Notes under the pieces: model-generated
Database searches by the model: none
What the model was told of the DNA's origin: nothing
What the model saw: the letters and a program-made list of their open reading frames with translations, nothing else
Program-made: the position numbers and the translations under genes
NCBI GenBank assembly: GCA_964402565.1
Contig: CAYOCJ010000002.1
Coordinates: 316,659-380,658, forward strand
Direction: 5' to 3'
Length of the DNA stretch: 64,000 nucleotides
Origin: an uncultured Gammaproteobacteria bacterium
GTDB lineage: Bacteria > Patescibacteriota > Patescibacteriia > UBA1558 > 2-01-FULL-52-15
Shown: one piece after another, positions 17,671-27,947 of the stretch
How the letters are laid out: every line of letters starts with the position of its first letter
Position numbering within the stretch: position 1 is the first letter of the stretch

Positions 17671-19473
17671 ATGTTAAAAAGAATATTCGTTATCATAGGC
17701 AAGCATAAAGTCGCAAGTGTCATCATTGTTATTATGTTGGTTGGCGGCGGATATATGGCATACGCGAAGATGCATAGTTCGGTCGCGCCGACTCGGTATG
17801 TATTGGGCACTGTCGAGAAAGGCTCGGTCATCGTTTCAGTGACAGGCACTGGGCAGGTCTCAGCATCGAATCAGATCGATCTGAAGCCGAAAGCCTCGGG
17901 GGATATATCAGATATTCCGGTCAAAAATGGCCAGGAAGTCACCGCAGGAACAGTCATCGCCTATATCAATGCCCGCGATGCGCAGAAAGCGGTCCGCGAT
18001 GCGGAAGTGAGTCTTGCGTCTGCAAAGCTTTCGCTTGCAAAGATCAAACAGCCCGCTGATCAGCTTTCTATTTTACAAGCTCAAAATACATTAGATCGTA
18101 ATCAGGAGTCCAAGCAAAAAGCACAGGACGATATCGCGAAAACATACGAGGATAGTTATACTGATATATCGAATGCTTTTTTAAGTTTCCCTGACGTCAT
18201 GACCAGTTTGCACGATACTATGTATAACTCAACGCAGGGCTTAGGCGTCGGGCAATCGAATCTAGATTTTTATACTGACAGCGTATCCAGCTATAACTCG
18301 CTCGCGTATCAGAATAGGACCGATGCGACTGCGGCATATGAAAAGGCACGAGCTGCATTCGATGCGAATTTTTCTGATTTCAAGGCGACCAGCCGTTTTG
18401 CTGACACCGCTCAGATCGATGCATTGTTGAAAGAAACGTATAGCACCGCTCAGGATATATCAGAAGCGCTCAAGAATATGAGCAACGTTATACAGTTTTA
18501 TAAAGATAAAATGACCGAACAAGGAAAGACACCGACATCGGTGGCAACAACTCATTTAGCAACTCTGACGTCAAATGCAACGACCGTGAATTCCCGCCTC
18601 TCAAGTCTTTTGGGAGATGTGAATACTATCCAGTCCGATCGGACCACTGTATCTGATGCAGACAGGTCTATAGCCGAGAACACCGCTTCGCTGGCAAAAC
18701 TGAAAGCAGGTGCAGACGTCTTAGATATCCAGTCGTCTGAAATCTCTGTTCAGCAGCGTGAAAATGCATTACGTGATGCTGAAGAAAAACTTGCTGACTA
18801 TACACTGAAAGCGCCATTCGACGGCACGATAGCCGCGCTTCCGGTGAAAAAAACTGATACCGTGTCGAGCAGTACCACGATCGCAACCCTTATCACGAAA
18901 CAAAAGATCGCCAGCATTTCGATGAATGAGGTTGATGCCACCAAAATAAAAGTCGGCCAGAAGGCGACGCTCACATTCGACGCAGTGGATGGATTAAGCA
19001 TTACTGGTGAAGTTGCTTCAGTAGACACGCTGGGTACCGTTTCACAGGGCGTCGTGTCTTATTCAGCGAATATTGTTTTTGATACGCAGGATGATCGCAT
19101 CAAACCAGGCATGAGCACCAGCGCAGCTGTCATTATTGATTCGAAACAAGATGTGCTCTTGGTTCCAAATACAGCGATCACGACACAGGGGACCTCGTCC
19201 TATGTTGAGGTCCTAGGGCCTGAAGTGCAGGACATGAGCGCAGCCGGGGTTGTTTCGCAGACCCCACCTTCGCAGAAGCAGATCCAAACCGGCCTCGTCG
19301 ATGATGTGAATACTGAAATTACTTCAGGCTTGCAGGAAGGTGATAAGATCATCGTACGAACTATCACTGCATCCAAGACCACGCAGTCAGCAACGCAGGC
19401 TCCAAGCTTATTCGGTGCAGCAGGCGGCCGAGCAGGAGGCGGAGGAGGCGGAAATTTCCGGGTAGGTCGTTAA
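17671..19473 (+). CDS. HlyD/MacA-type periplasmic adaptor (membrane-fusion protein) with extended coiled coil and Gly-rich tail
   Basis: N-terminal TM, biotinyl-lipoyl-like segments (VSASNQIDLKPKASGDI...; TLKAPFDGTIAALPV), a long helical hairpin, and a GGRAGGGGGG C-terminus. Immediately followed by MacB-like ABC genes. Confidence 0.8.
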   Translation: MLKRIFVIIGKHKVASVIIVIMLVGGGYMAYAKMHSSVAPTRYVLGTVEKGSVIVSVTGTGQVSASNQIDLKPKASGDISDIPVKNGQEVTAGTVIAYINARDAQKAVRDAEVSLASAKLSLAKIKQPADQLSILQAQNTLDRNQESKQKAQDDIAKTYEDSYTDISNAFLSFPDVMTSLHDTMYNSTQGLGVGQSNLDFYTDSVSSYNSLAYQNRTDATAAYEKARAAFDANFSDFKATSRFADTAQIDALLKETYSTAQDISEALKNMSNVIQFYKDKMTEQGKTPTSVATTHLATLTSNATTVNSRLSSLLGDVNTIQSDRTTVSDADRSIAENTASLAKLKAGADVLDIQSSEISVQQRENALRDAEEKLADYTLKAPFDGTIAALPVKKTDTVSSSTTIATLITKQKIASISMNEVDATKIKVGQKATLTFDAVDGLSITGEVASVDTLGTVSQGVVSYSANIVFDTQDDRIKPGMSTSAAVIIDSKQDVLLVPNTAITTQGTSSYVEVLGPEVQDMSAAGVVSQTPPSQKQIQTGLVDDVNTEITSGLQEGDKIIVRTITASKTTQSATQAPSLFGAAGGRAGGGGGGNFRVGR

Positions 19474-19474
19474 T

Positions 19475-20161
19475 ATGATCGCAGTTACCAATGTTCGAAA
19501 AACGTATCACATGGGAGACACATCGTTCGAAGCTTTGAAGGGTGTTACGTTTACTATTGCCGATGGCGAATTTGTTGCCATCATGGGCCCGTCGGGTTCG
19601 GGAAAATCAACGCTCATGCATATCCTGGGCGCGCTAGACACGCCAACAGACGGAACCTATTTGCTTGACGGAAAGAATGTTTCAACGCTATCTGATGATC
19701 AGCTTGCGGACATCAGAAAGGACAAGATCGGTTTCGTGTTCCAGGCTTTTAATTTGCTGCCGCGGGCAACAGTGATTCGAAATGTCATGCTCCCGCTCAT
19801 GTATGCCGGAGTGCCCCGCGATGAGCGAAGAAAGCGCGCTGAGAAAGCATTGATCGCAGCAGGGCTCGATGAGGGCCATTTCCAGCATTTATCAAACCAA
19901 TTATCAGGCGGGCAGATCCAGCGCGTGGCTATTGCACGAGCTCTGGTGAATAATCCGGCACTGATACTTGCGGATGAGCCGACAGGAAACCTGGATTCCA
20001 AAACAGGCCAGATCGTTCTAGAAACATTTCAGCAGCTGCACCGCGAGCAGAAGAATACCATCGTTCTCATCACGCATGAACCAGATGTCGCAGCATATAG
20101 CGACCGGATCATTATTATCAAAGACGGTTTGATCGTGAGCGATCAGCCGGTCAGGCATTAA
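19475..20161 (+). CDS. ABC transporter ATP-binding protein (MacB/LolD family)
   Basis: Walker [10 protein letters not shown], signature [15 protein letters not shown], Walker [12 protein letters not shown]. Confidence 0.92.
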   Translation: MIAVTNVRKTYHMGDTSFEALKGVTFTIADGEFVAIMGPSGSGKSTLMHILGALDTPTDGTYLLDGKNVSTLSDDQLADIRKDKIGFVFQAFNLLPRATVIRNVMLPLMYAGVPRDERRKRAEKALIAAGLDEGHFQHLSNQLSGGQIQRVAIARALVNNPALILADEPTGNLDSKTGQIVLETFQQLHREQKNTIVLITHEPDVAAYSDRIIIIKDGLIVSDQPVRH

Positions 20162-20170
20162 CATTTTGGT

Positions 20171-21394
20171 ATGCATGTCATAGATACATTCGAAGAAACG
20201 TATATCTCTTTCTCAGCGAATAAAGTCAGAACGGCTCTGACTATGCTCGGCATTGTCATAGGGATCAGCTCCGTTATTTCTATGATCGCCATAGGCCAGG
20301 GGGCACAAACATCGATCCAGACAAATATACAATCCATCGGTTCAAATCTGATCATAGTCATGCCAGGGGCGCAGCGCGGGCCTGGCTTCCAAGTCAGTGC
20401 CGGGCGCGGATCAGCGCGTTCTTTGACGCAAGAGGACGCAGATGCCATACCTGGGTCTGTCAGCAATGTGCAGGCGGTTGCGCCGGAGCTTTCGGGCAGA
20501 TATCAGATAACGGCAAAAGGAAAGAATACGAATACTTCGGTTGTAGGAACAGTTGCGGCCTATCCGTCTGTCAGAAATGTCCAGATAGATCAAGGCTCGT
20601 TCATTACCGATCAGCATATTCGTTCCCTTGCTAAGGTTGCTGTCCTCGGGCCTTCGGCGCGAGATGATCTCTTTGGTGAGGGGGCGAATGCTATCGGGCA
20701 GGCCATTCGTATCAAAAGCGTCGAATTTAAGGTCATCGGCATTACGAAGCTGAAAGGCGGAGGAGGCTTCGGAAGCCAGGACGACATGATCTTCGTACCA
20801 TTGAGCAGCGCGCAGCGTTTTCTCGCAGGTGATACGTATGTATCGACGATCAGCGTGCAAGCTTCAAATGCTGCCGCGATGGCCGATGTGCAGCAAGGAA
20901 TTTCTGATCTCTTGATGACGCGGCACCATATCAGCGATCCAACCGCAGTTGATTTCAACATTTTAAATCAAGCTGATATTGTGCAGACTGCTTCGAGTAT
21001 CGCTCAGACGTTCACGATCTTGCTTGCTGCGGTAGCCGGCATATCGCTCCTGGTGGGCGGCATCGGGATCATGAATATGATGCTGACGACCGTTACTGAG
21101 CGAACGAAAGAGATCGGCTTGCGTAAGTCTATTGGCGCGAAGCAGCACGACATCAATATTCAATTTCTTATTGAAGCAGTGATGCTGACCTTCATTGGCG
21201 GCTGCATCGGGGTCTTGTTGGGCTGGGCTGTTTCTTTCGGGATAAACTATTTCGGATTCATCCAGACCACCGTTTCTCTGCTCTCAGTTATTTTGGCATT
21301 CGGCGTATCTGCAGCGATCGGGATCATCTTCGGTTATTATCCGGCACGAAGGGCCGGCAGGCTGAATCCGATCGAAGCGTTGCGCTATGAATAA
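20171..21394 (+). CDS. ABC transporter permease (FtsX/MacB-type)
   Basis: N-terminal TM, large periplasmic domain, C-terminal 3-TM FtsX-like core (GIMNMMLTTVTERTKEIGLRKSIGA). Confidence 0.85.
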   Translation: MHVIDTFEETYISFSANKVRTALTMLGIVIGISSVISMIAIGQGAQTSIQTNIQSIGSNLIIVMPGAQRGPGFQVSAGRGSARSLTQEDADAIPGSVSNVQAVAPELSGRYQITAKGKNTNTSVVGTVAAYPSVRNVQIDQGSFITDQHIRSLAKVAVLGPSARDDLFGEGANAIGQAIRIKSVEFKVIGITKLKGGGGFGSQDDMIFVPLSSAQRFLAGDTYVSTISVQASNAAAMADVQQGISDLLMTRHHISDPTAVDFNILNQADIVQTASSIAQTFTILLAAVAGISLLVGGIGIMNMMLTTVTERTKEIGLRKSIGAKQHDINIQFLIEAVMLTFIGGCIGVLLGWAVSFGINYFGFIQTTVSLLSVILAFGVSAAIGIIFGYYPARRAGRLNPIEALRYE

Positions 21395-21421
21395 TTTAAT
21401 TACTAACTAACTTATCACAAT

Positions 21422-21880
21422 ATGAAAAAGCAATTACCAATGCTCATCGTCGCTGCAATAGTTATTGCAGGCGCATCATTTTACGGCGGCATGATGTACG
21501 GGAAGTCATCGGCACGACCAGCGAATGGCGGCAACTTCCAGCGAAATGGACAATTCGCAGCTAACGGCAATGGTCAGGGCGGATTCCGTCGAGGTGCAGG
21601 AGGCCCGGGCGGTATGGGAGGCTTTACTGCAGGAGAGATACTTTCTAAAGATGATAAAAGTATCACCGTCAAACTCAGAGATGGCGGATCGAAAATAGTG
21701 TTTTATTCGGATTCGACCATGGTTGGTAAAATGGTAGACGGCACTGCGGCAGACCTCGAAGTCGGTAAAGAGGTCATGATAGCAGGTTCCGCAAACTCAG
21801 ATGGCAGCATCAATGCTCAGTCGATACAGCTTCGGCCATTGCCTCCAATGCCAACGGCAACAACAACTCCTGCAAATTAG
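21422..21880 (+). CDS. secreted Gly/Asn-rich hypothetical protein
   Basis: Signal peptide and a low-complexity G/N/Q segment. Confidence 0.5.
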   Translation: MKKQLPMLIVAAIVIAGASFYGGMMYGKSSARPANGGNFQRNGQFAANGNGQGGFRRGAGGPGGMGGFTAGEILSKDDKSITVKLRDGGSKIVFYSDSTMVGKMVDGTAADLEVGKEVMIAGSANSDGSINAQSIQLRPLPPMPTATTTPAN

Positions 21881-21898
21881 CAGACAAAAGTAACATAC

Positions 21899-22222
21899 AT
21901 GCTGAAAGGATCTCAATTGTTAGCATTTACACTACTGCCATTTATTCTGGCTGGCTGTACATCGGCATCGTCATCGAACGGGCCGAAGACATTCACTATG
22001 GCTGATGTGGCAAAACATAATTCTGAATCAAGTTGCTACTCAGCTATCAATGGCGAGGTCTATGATCTTACCGACTGGATCGATAAACATCCGGGCGGTC
22101 CGCAGCGCATCTTAAGCATTTGCGGGAAAGATGGTTCATCAGCATTCAATCAGCAGCACGGCAATCAGCCGCGGCCAGCAAATGAGCTTGCCAATTTCAA
22201 GATAGGCAGCCTGTCTCAATAA
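21899..22222 (+). CDS. cytochrome b5-like heme-binding domain lipoprotein
   Basis: Lipoprotein-like signal (LAGC). HPGG motif (DWIDKHPGGPQRIL) and ...DVAKHN... match the cyt-b5 fold. Confidence 0.7.
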   Translation: MLKGSQLLAFTLLPFILAGCTSASSSNGPKTFTMADVAKHNSESSCYSAINGEVYDLTDWIDKHPGGPQRILSICGKDGSSAFNQQHGNQPRPANELANFKIGSLSQ

Positions 22223-22233
22223 GACTGAAATCG

Positions 22234-23271
22234 TTAGTCAAAAAAGAGGGGATTTTCTGAGTGCAGATAGCGCTCAGTGCGGTTGATGATCTTGCGCATG
22301 ATAGATACGGCATTGACCGGATGTTCGCCTGCAGCAGTTTCATCGGACAAGAGCACCGCATCAGCTCCATCAAACACTGCATTCGCAATGTCTGAAACCT
22401 CTGCACGCGTTGGCTTCGGTGATCTGATCATCGAAGTCAGCATTTGAGTAGCGATGATGACGGGTTTATTGTGCCAATGCGCGTGGCGAACGAGATTTTT
22501 TTGAATGATAGGTATTTCTTCCACGGGGATCTCTATACCCAGGTCGCCGCGAGCGATCATGATACCGTCCGAAGCCTGGATGATCTCATCGATCTTCTTC
22601 AAAGCCTGGCCTCGTTCGATCTTCGCTATGATCTTGGTGCCTTTCGATGCCTTGATGGTGTGCCGCAGCTTCAAGACATCATCTGCAGATTGTACGAACG
22701 AGAGCGCGATGGTATCGACACCCTGTCGCACGGCAAACAATGCATCCTTGATATCCTTTTTCGTTAATCCGCTTCTCCGGAGCTCAGTATCAGGCACATT
22801 AATAGCTTTATGCGAGAATAGCACGCCTCCGCGTAGCACACGTGCAGTAATGATCGTATGCTTCACTGACGTTACCACGAGCTCGAGGTCGCCATTTGCT
22901 AAATGCAATGGTTCGCCTTTTTTTATATCGATATGCAAAAATGGATCATCAATAGGAATGCAGTTCTTATTTGATCGCTTGATACGATTTTCATCACAAA
23001 AAGTATAGGTACTGCCTTCGTGCAGCAAAATACCGTCAGCGGGAAGCGAGCCGACGCGGATCCGGGGACCCTGCAGGTCTTGCATGATGCGAATAGGTTC
23101 GCCATGTGGCGTGCGCATGCGCTTCAATCGCTTGGCGCGAGCTTTATATTCAGCATAGGTGCAATGAGAAAAATTCATGCGGGCAATATCCATACCCGCA
23201 GCGACCAGCTCTTTCAAAATTGCTGGTTTTTCTGATTGTGGCCCAATAGTTGCTATGATCTTGGTTCGCAT
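22234..23271 (-). CDS. pyk: pyruvate kinase (short form without C-terminal regulatory domain)
   Basis: MRTKIIATIGP...MNFSHC...MVARGDLGIEIP... The start is trimmed to MRTK (ATG at 23271). The ORF-track extension is upstream junk. Confidence 0.88.
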   Translation of the reverse strand: MRTKIIATIGPQSEKPAILKELVAAGMDIARMNFSHCTYAEYKARAKRLKRMRTPHGEPIRIMQDLQGPRIRVGSLPADGILLHEGSTYTFCDENRIKRSNKNCIPIDDPFLHIDIKKGEPLHLANGDLELVVTSVKHTIITARVLRGGVLFSHKAINVPDTELRRSGLTKKDIKDALFAVRQGVDTIALSFVQSADDVLKLRHTIKASKGTKIIAKIERGQALKKIDEIIQASDGIMIARGDLGIEIPVEEIPIIQKNLVRHAHWHNKPVIIATQMLTSMIRSPKPTRAEVSDIANAVFDGADAVLLSDETAAGEHPVNAVSIMRKIINRTERYLHSENPLFFD

Positions 23272-23365
23272 AACAGCAAATAGTATACGCCTCTTGATGG
23301 AAAAAACAAGAGAAAAAAGAGAAAGCACCCCGGTGAAGGAGTGCTTTCGCGTCATGTTGAGGGTA

Positions 23366-24157
23366 TTACTGCTTTTTCGGAAGCGGAAGGTCGATATGGG
23401 CGAAGTACACCATCGACCACCGATTCGGCAATGCGCCGGTGACACCGTCATGCTCGTCGGTAATGACATGTTCGAGGGCTGCAAGCCTGCCCCTGGTCAG
23501 TCGCGACGCCTTGTCGCTCGGGAAGATCAGCGAGTGATCCGGTTGCGCACGATACAGTTCGCGTGACGCTCCAAAGCGAAGGCCTGGGTGGCTTTCGTCC
23601 ACGTGAATGGTCATGAATGCACGATCGGTATGGGCTTTTCCGATCACACCCCCGACGGCACGAGGCTTGTCATAGTAGAGCAGCCTCAGAACATGCAGCT
23701 CTTCAGCTGCAGGCTGTGAAAGCCGTTCGCGCATAGAGAACCCCGGCAAGATGCTGTCGAGTGCTGCTGCGAATAGCTTCATGGTGCTGTCGCAGTCCCG
23801 GAAGAGCAGCCCGCATTTGGCTAGGAAGCGCTCGTGACTGCGCAGGTCAACGCCACGATTGTGGAGCGCGGCTTGCAGAGCTGGCCGATAGTGGAAGAAG
23901 GCCTTGTAGTCGTGCGTGCCTCCATCACGCCGCACATAGCCATCGTCCGGCTCGCCGTCATCGCCGGGCCGCTGAAAGTTGAAGGTCCACTGCAGCTTGT
24001 ATTCTTCAGGTTCGGCGAGAAACGCCAGAAAAAGCGGGATAGTTGCTGCTACCTCCGAACGTACGGGAAGGTGGATATGCGCTTTGCCGCTTCGTAAAAG
24101 CTCCTCGGCAGCTTTGTGATACCGGACACTGCTCAATCTTCGTTTCGTCATTGTCAT
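23366..24157 (-). CDS. 2OG-Fe(II) oxygenase-superfamily-like protein (hypothetical), GC-rich islet
   Basis: RBS aggaggga before ATG-ACA-ATG. An H-x-D...H pattern (GKAHTDRAFMTIHVDESHPGLRF) is reminiscent of the IPNS/2OG oxygenase jelly-roll. GC-rich relative to the neighbours. Confidence 0.4.
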   Translation of the reverse strand: MTMTKRRLSSVRYHKAAEELLRSGKAHIHLPVRSEVAATIPLFLAFLAEPEEYKLQWTFNFQRPGDDGEPDDGYVRRDGGTHDYKAFFHYRPALQAALHNRGVDLRSHERFLAKCGLLFRDCDSTMKLFAAALDSILPGFSMRERLSQPAAEELHVLRLLYYDKPRAVGGVIGKAHTDRAFMTIHVDESHPGLRFGASRELYRAQPDHSLIFPSDKASRLTRGRLAALEHVITDEHDGVTGALPNRWSMVYFAHIDLPLPKKQ

Positions 24158-24257
24158 GCGATCCCTCCTGTGATCCTCAAAACAAAACGTTTTTTCAATT
24201 AAAAAAGATCGTATCTTCTTCACCCTATAGAAAAAGATTTAAAGGCGCAAGGGAAAA

Positions 24258-25064
24258 CTATTGCAGGTTTTTTTTGAGAAAAGCTACGGTTTTTGCCCAT
24301 GCATCCTTGGTCTCATTCGGCGCATAGTTTTGTCCCGAGGGGTTTGCAAATGCATGACCTAATCCTGGATAGATTGCTACTTCATGGTCGATACCGTCTT
24401 TCGTTAAACTGGCATCAAAGGCATGAATAGTATCGACGGGGATAGCCTGATCTTTATCGCCAAAAATTCCAAGCACGGGCCAATTGATAGCCTGTAATTT
24501 GTCAGCATCAGTGACTAGCGGCGTGCCGTAGTAGAGGATGGTGCCATCAAGTTGTTCACCGGAGAGCGCTAATGCGAGTGATTGTCCGCCTCCAAAGCAC
24601 CAGCCCATCGAGGCTATGCGATTTGCACCTTTCTCCCGCATGAAGTTCACCGCAGCAAGCATGTTTTTTTTCTTTTCATCTGCGTTGACGCTTTGCACTT
24701 GTTTCATTGCCTGATCGGGAGTCGTCGCGACAACGCCATTGTAAAGATCAACCGCCAATACCTGATATCCTTCTGCTGCAAGTTGTCGTGCCATGGTTTT
24801 TATATTGTCATTGAGCCCCCACCATTCGTGTATCATGACCACTCCGGGATACTTTCCTTCTGCTTGCGGATGAGCATAGTAACCATGTACTGAATTATAG
24901 TATGTCACATCTTCAGTGGTGACCGGCATCGAAGGCTGCGTATCGAGCATGGCTGAATTCGTATTTGTTGAAGTCATAGTAGTATTAGTTGGTTGCATTC
25001 GAATAAACGCGAATGCCGTTGCCACAATAATGGCTGCAATTAGAACAATATATATTTTTTTCAT
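24258..25064 (-). CDS. dienelactone hydrolase-family alpha/beta hydrolase (secreted)
   Basis: Signal peptide. PGVVMIHEWWGLNDNIKTMARQLAAEGYQVLAVDLY, nucleophile GWCFGG, and a C-terminal His. Confidence 0.85.
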   Translation of the reverse strand: MKKIYIVLIAAIIVATAFAFIRMQPTNTTMTSTNTNSAMLDTQPSMPVTTEDVTYYNSVHGYYAHPQAEGKYPGVVMIHEWWGLNDNIKTMARQLAAEGYQVLAVDLYNGVVATTPDQAMKQVQSVNADEKKKNMLAAVNFMREKGANRIASMGWCFGGGQSLALALSGEQLDGTILYYGTPLVTDADKLQAINWPVLGIFGDKDQAIPVDTIHAFDASLTKDGIDHEVAIYPGLGHAFANPSGQNYAPNETKDAWAKTVAFLKKNLQ

Positions 25065-25075
25065 GATCGTGTTTA

Positions 25076-25360
25076 TTAAAGCAGCATGCCAAGCAAGTCT
25101 TCAATGATCTGCTTATCAGCACTCTCCATTGTGCCTGCCGAAAGAAATTGATTATCGAGGCTGCTCAAAAGTTTAATCATTTGGATCGGATTTGGATTGC
25201 CGTGGAGCGTATAGACGCTCTGAGCAAGCTCGACTGCAGACATTGCCTGCTCTTCAATTGATGGCTCCTTATGATGAGCATGTTTTTTTGTCTCAGCATG
25301 CTCAGTTTCATGAGCCGCAGGCTGTTCGTCCAGTATGGTGTCAATAAAAATATCCAGCAT
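25076..25360 (-). CDS. small acidic hypothetical protein
   Basis: 94-aa ORF, 4 nt downstream partner of the transporter gene. Confidence 0.4.
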   Translation of the reverse strand: MLDIFIDTILDEQPAAHETEHAETKKHAHHKEPSIEEQAMSAVELAQSVYTLHGNPNPIQMIKLLSSLDNQFLSAGTMESADKQIIEDLLGMLL

Positions 25361-25366
25361 AGGGAA

Positions 25367-25789
25367 TTATTTAATGAATACGGTGGCAAGAATTCCTAAG
25401 GTGACAAGCACGGCGCCCGAGACATTGCCGACGGTTGGTTTTTCTCCGAGAAACATAAAAGCAAGGATAACAGTTAATGCAATACTGAGCTTGTCGATCG
25501 GCGCAACTCGTGAAGCCTCGCCCAGCTGGAGCGCTTTATAATAGAACATCCATGAAAGCCCGGTTGCGAATGCAGAAAGAATAATGAAGGTATATGAGTA
25601 GCGGGATATTTTGAATACTTCTGATGCATTGCCTTGCGCCCAGACTATCATCCAGGCGAAAACAACGATGATCAAAGTTCGTATTGCAACTGCCAAATTG
25701 CTATCAACACCTTTGATGCCGATCTTGCCAAAAATGGCAACTAATGAAGCAAAAAACGCTGAGAGTATAGCGTAAAAGACCATTTGCAT
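25367..25789 (-). CDS. DMT-superfamily (EamA-like) small membrane transporter
   Basis: 140 aa, 4 TM helices, EamA-like hydrophobic pattern. Confidence 0.6.
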   Translation of the reverse strand: MQMVFYAILSAFFASLVAIFGKIGIKGVDSNLAVAIRTLIIVVFAWMIVWAQGNASEVFKISRYSYTFIILSAFATGLSWMFYYKALQLGEASRVAPIDKLSIALTVILAFMFLGEKPTVGNVSGAVLVTLGILATVFIK

Positions 25790-25962
25790 TTTTTTAGTAT
25801 AGCAAAGACTGAGTTTGAAATCTATTCGATCGATATCTATTCAAAGCGCAGTACATTCAAAAAAATGGGCTTTTTTAACCCATTGACGATTTTATCTATT
25901 GTTAGCCAAAATTTTTTTATGCTTTTTTGCTAAAGTTAGCTTTATTTTTTTAGTTGTTAACC

Positions 25963-25991
25963 TTGACAAAATTGATGATTTAGTCTATGAT
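25963..25991 (+). promoter_or_regulatory. sigma70 promoter (TTGACA-17-TATGAT) at the entry to the large GC-rich island
   Basis: ttgaca at 25963-25968, a 17-nt spacer, tatgat at 25986-25991. A second TTGACA lies about 70 nt downstream. Confidence 0.55.
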
Positions 25992-26128
25992 ATATAGTTT
26001 GCAGAGTGTGCCATATCGGTACATTTGCGCAAGCACTTTGACAATTCGATAAGGAGAAATAACAGAAAAAACAAAAAAATCTGAAGTTTGAACGAAACTG
26101 TTTTCCTACATCGGAAGGAGATACTGAT

Positions 26129-26446
26129 GTGTCAAACGTAGAGAGTGTTTTCGATCTCGTAGTAGCGCTTGTCATAGACTTCGACGTCGGCCATAATGGG
26201 CCGTTCGCGATCTGCCGAGTAGTCAACATCGAAGATTTTCCCAATGCACTACCGGTCGATACTTCGGTCACGTTTCATCTTCGCTATTGGAAGAATGATG
26301 CGCCATTGACTGGAGGATCGCACGTTTTGCTGGGCAACTTGTCCAGCAAGCGTAAGGGATGGCGAGCTTTCGATGCTCGCATGTTCCGGCCTTCGAGTCC
26401 TCAACAAGCAACCAGCAACGAGCAGCAAATCAAAAGGGAGAACTGA
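26129..26446 (+). CDS. hypothetical protein (island gene A)
   Basis: RBS ggaaggagatactg-ATG. The stop overlaps the next start in TGAcATG. Confidence 0.55.
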   Translation: MSNVESVFDLVVALVIDFDVGHNGPFAICRVVNIEDFPNALPVDTSVTFHLRYWKNDAPLTGGSHVLLGNLSSKRKGWRAFDARMFRPSSPQQATSNEQQIKREN

Positions 26447-26447
26447 C

Positions 26448-27872
26448 ATGCCGACCAGTCAGCCGCAAGGCGGTAGCACGATCGACATCCTCGACCAGTT
26501 GGAGCGCGACACCAGTTCCTCGCTCTCGAAGATCCAGCAGCGCACCGAAGGACCGACCATGGACCAGAAGCTCGAAGAGCTCCAGGCCGAGATGGATCGG
26601 GCTGTTCAGATCAAGGACGACAAGGAGCGCGACATCCGGGTGCGCGTGTTGACCACGACGCTCGAGAAGTTGCGTGAAGACGCGGCGCAGGAGGAGCAGG
26701 ATCTGGCCCAGGCCGTTCTCGGCCTGAATGCCAAGATCGAATCCCTCGGCGACGAGTACAAGGTGCTGAACGTTCAGGCTCCGGAAGAGCTGGCTGTCAT
26801 CACCCGCGCGCAGGCTCGGCTCACCGAAGCGAAGAATGCCGTTCCGAATCGCGAGATCGAACTGGCGAATATCGCCGAGATGTGGTTCGAGTTCCGGCGC
26901 CGCAAGGCCCGGGCCAAGCTCGAGGAGCAGATCAAGCTGGCGGAGGCGCAAGTCCAGAACGCGGAGCAGGGCTTGGTGGAGGCTCAGGCCGAATCCAAGC
27001 GTATGCAGCGTCAGCGCCTGATGAAGGCGAAGATGGATGCGTCCATCCAGGAGTTCACGGTCCGCGTCGCGAAGACCATCGAGATCATGCAGCGGCGCGT
27101 GGAAGTCGTGAAGGGCGAGATCGCCTCGGTGAAGGCGCGGAAGGCTCAGAGCTTCGACATCAAGGAGCGGGCCGCCAAAGCCGTCGAGGACCTCGACGCG
27201 AAGCTGAACCAGGCGGAAGCCCAGCTGAAGGACGAGGAAGAAAAACTCACGAGTCTCGCCAACGGGACCGAAGAGTACGCGAAGCAGACCGAGATCATCT
27301 CGAACAAGCGAGCCGAGGTCGAAGAGCTTCGCGGGCGGCGCAATACCGCGCACGTGCTCTTCCAGAGCAAGGAGCGGTTCGCCATCGAACTCGAGACGCA
27401 CGAGCGGACGCAGATGAAGCTCCGCGACAACCTGACCATGTGGATCACCTTGCTCCGTAGCGATACGGAAGCGCGCGTGACCACGTTCAAGTCCCGCCTC
27501 GAGGCCATGAAGGCCATGTCCGACCAGGACGTTGCCAAGGACCTCGACAAGCTGGGCGTCGCCATGGACCGGAACAACGCCGAATACATGGCTCAGGCCG
27601 GTGCCGTTTCCGATCGACTCCGTGTCGACCGGATGGAACAACATCCGCAGATCGTCAAGAAGCTCATGGAGATCGCGGCCGCCCAGGCTCAGGCGCATCA
27701 GGTCATTCGCGAGCGCGAAGCCGAAGTGCTCAGGGTTTTCCGCGAGAAGTACGGCATCGACCCGATGTCGACTTCCTTCTTCACCTACGCGCACCACAAC
27801 GACGGCGTGACGAGCGGTGCCCCTTCGGGCAGCGCCGGCGAGCCGTCCAGTGCGGACGTGCTCGGTCAGTAA
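26448..27872 (+). CDS. long coiled-coil protein, 474 aa (island gene B)
   Basis: RBS aaaagggagaactgac-ATG. Almost entirely E/K/A/Q/R helical heptads. No TM and no nucleotide-binding motif. Confidence 0.7.
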   Translation: MPTSQPQGGSTIDILDQLERDTSSSLSKIQQRTEGPTMDQKLEELQAEMDRAVQIKDDKERDIRVRVLTTTLEKLREDAAQEEQDLAQAVLGLNAKIESLGDEYKVLNVQAPEELAVITRAQARLTEAKNAVPNREIELANIAEMWFEFRRRKARAKLEEQIKLAEAQVQNAEQGLVEAQAESKRMQRQRLMKAKMDASIQEFTVRVAKTIEIMQRRVEVVKGEIASVKARKAQSFDIKERAAKAVEDLDAKLNQAEAQLKDEEEKLTSLANGTEEYAKQTEIISNKRAEVEELRGRRNTAHVLFQSKERFAIELETHERTQMKLRDNLTMWITLLRSDTEARVTTFKSRLEAMKAMSDQDVAKDLDKLGVAMDRNNAEYMAQAGAVSDRLRVDRMEQHPQIVKKLMEIAAAQAQAHQVIREREAEVLRVFREKYGIDPMSTSFFTYAHHNDGVTSGAPSGSAGEPSSADVLGQ

Positions 27873-27947
27873 GTAGTCTGACCCAATGGCGGCGACCCTG
27901 AGAGAAATCGAAGGGTCGCCGCATACGACTCTTCTAAGGAGAGATCC

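Noticed and set aside
19430-19460. ggaggcggaggaggcgga run looked repeat or CRISPR-like
   Set aside because: It encodes the poly-Gly tail of the MacA-like adaptor. No spaced direct repeats occur anywhere in the window, and no CRISPR array is found.
22234-23484. 416-aa version of pyruvate kinase
   Set aside because: Pyruvate kinase homology begins at MRTKIIATIGP. The first 71 residues of the ORF track are non-homologous upstream sequence.
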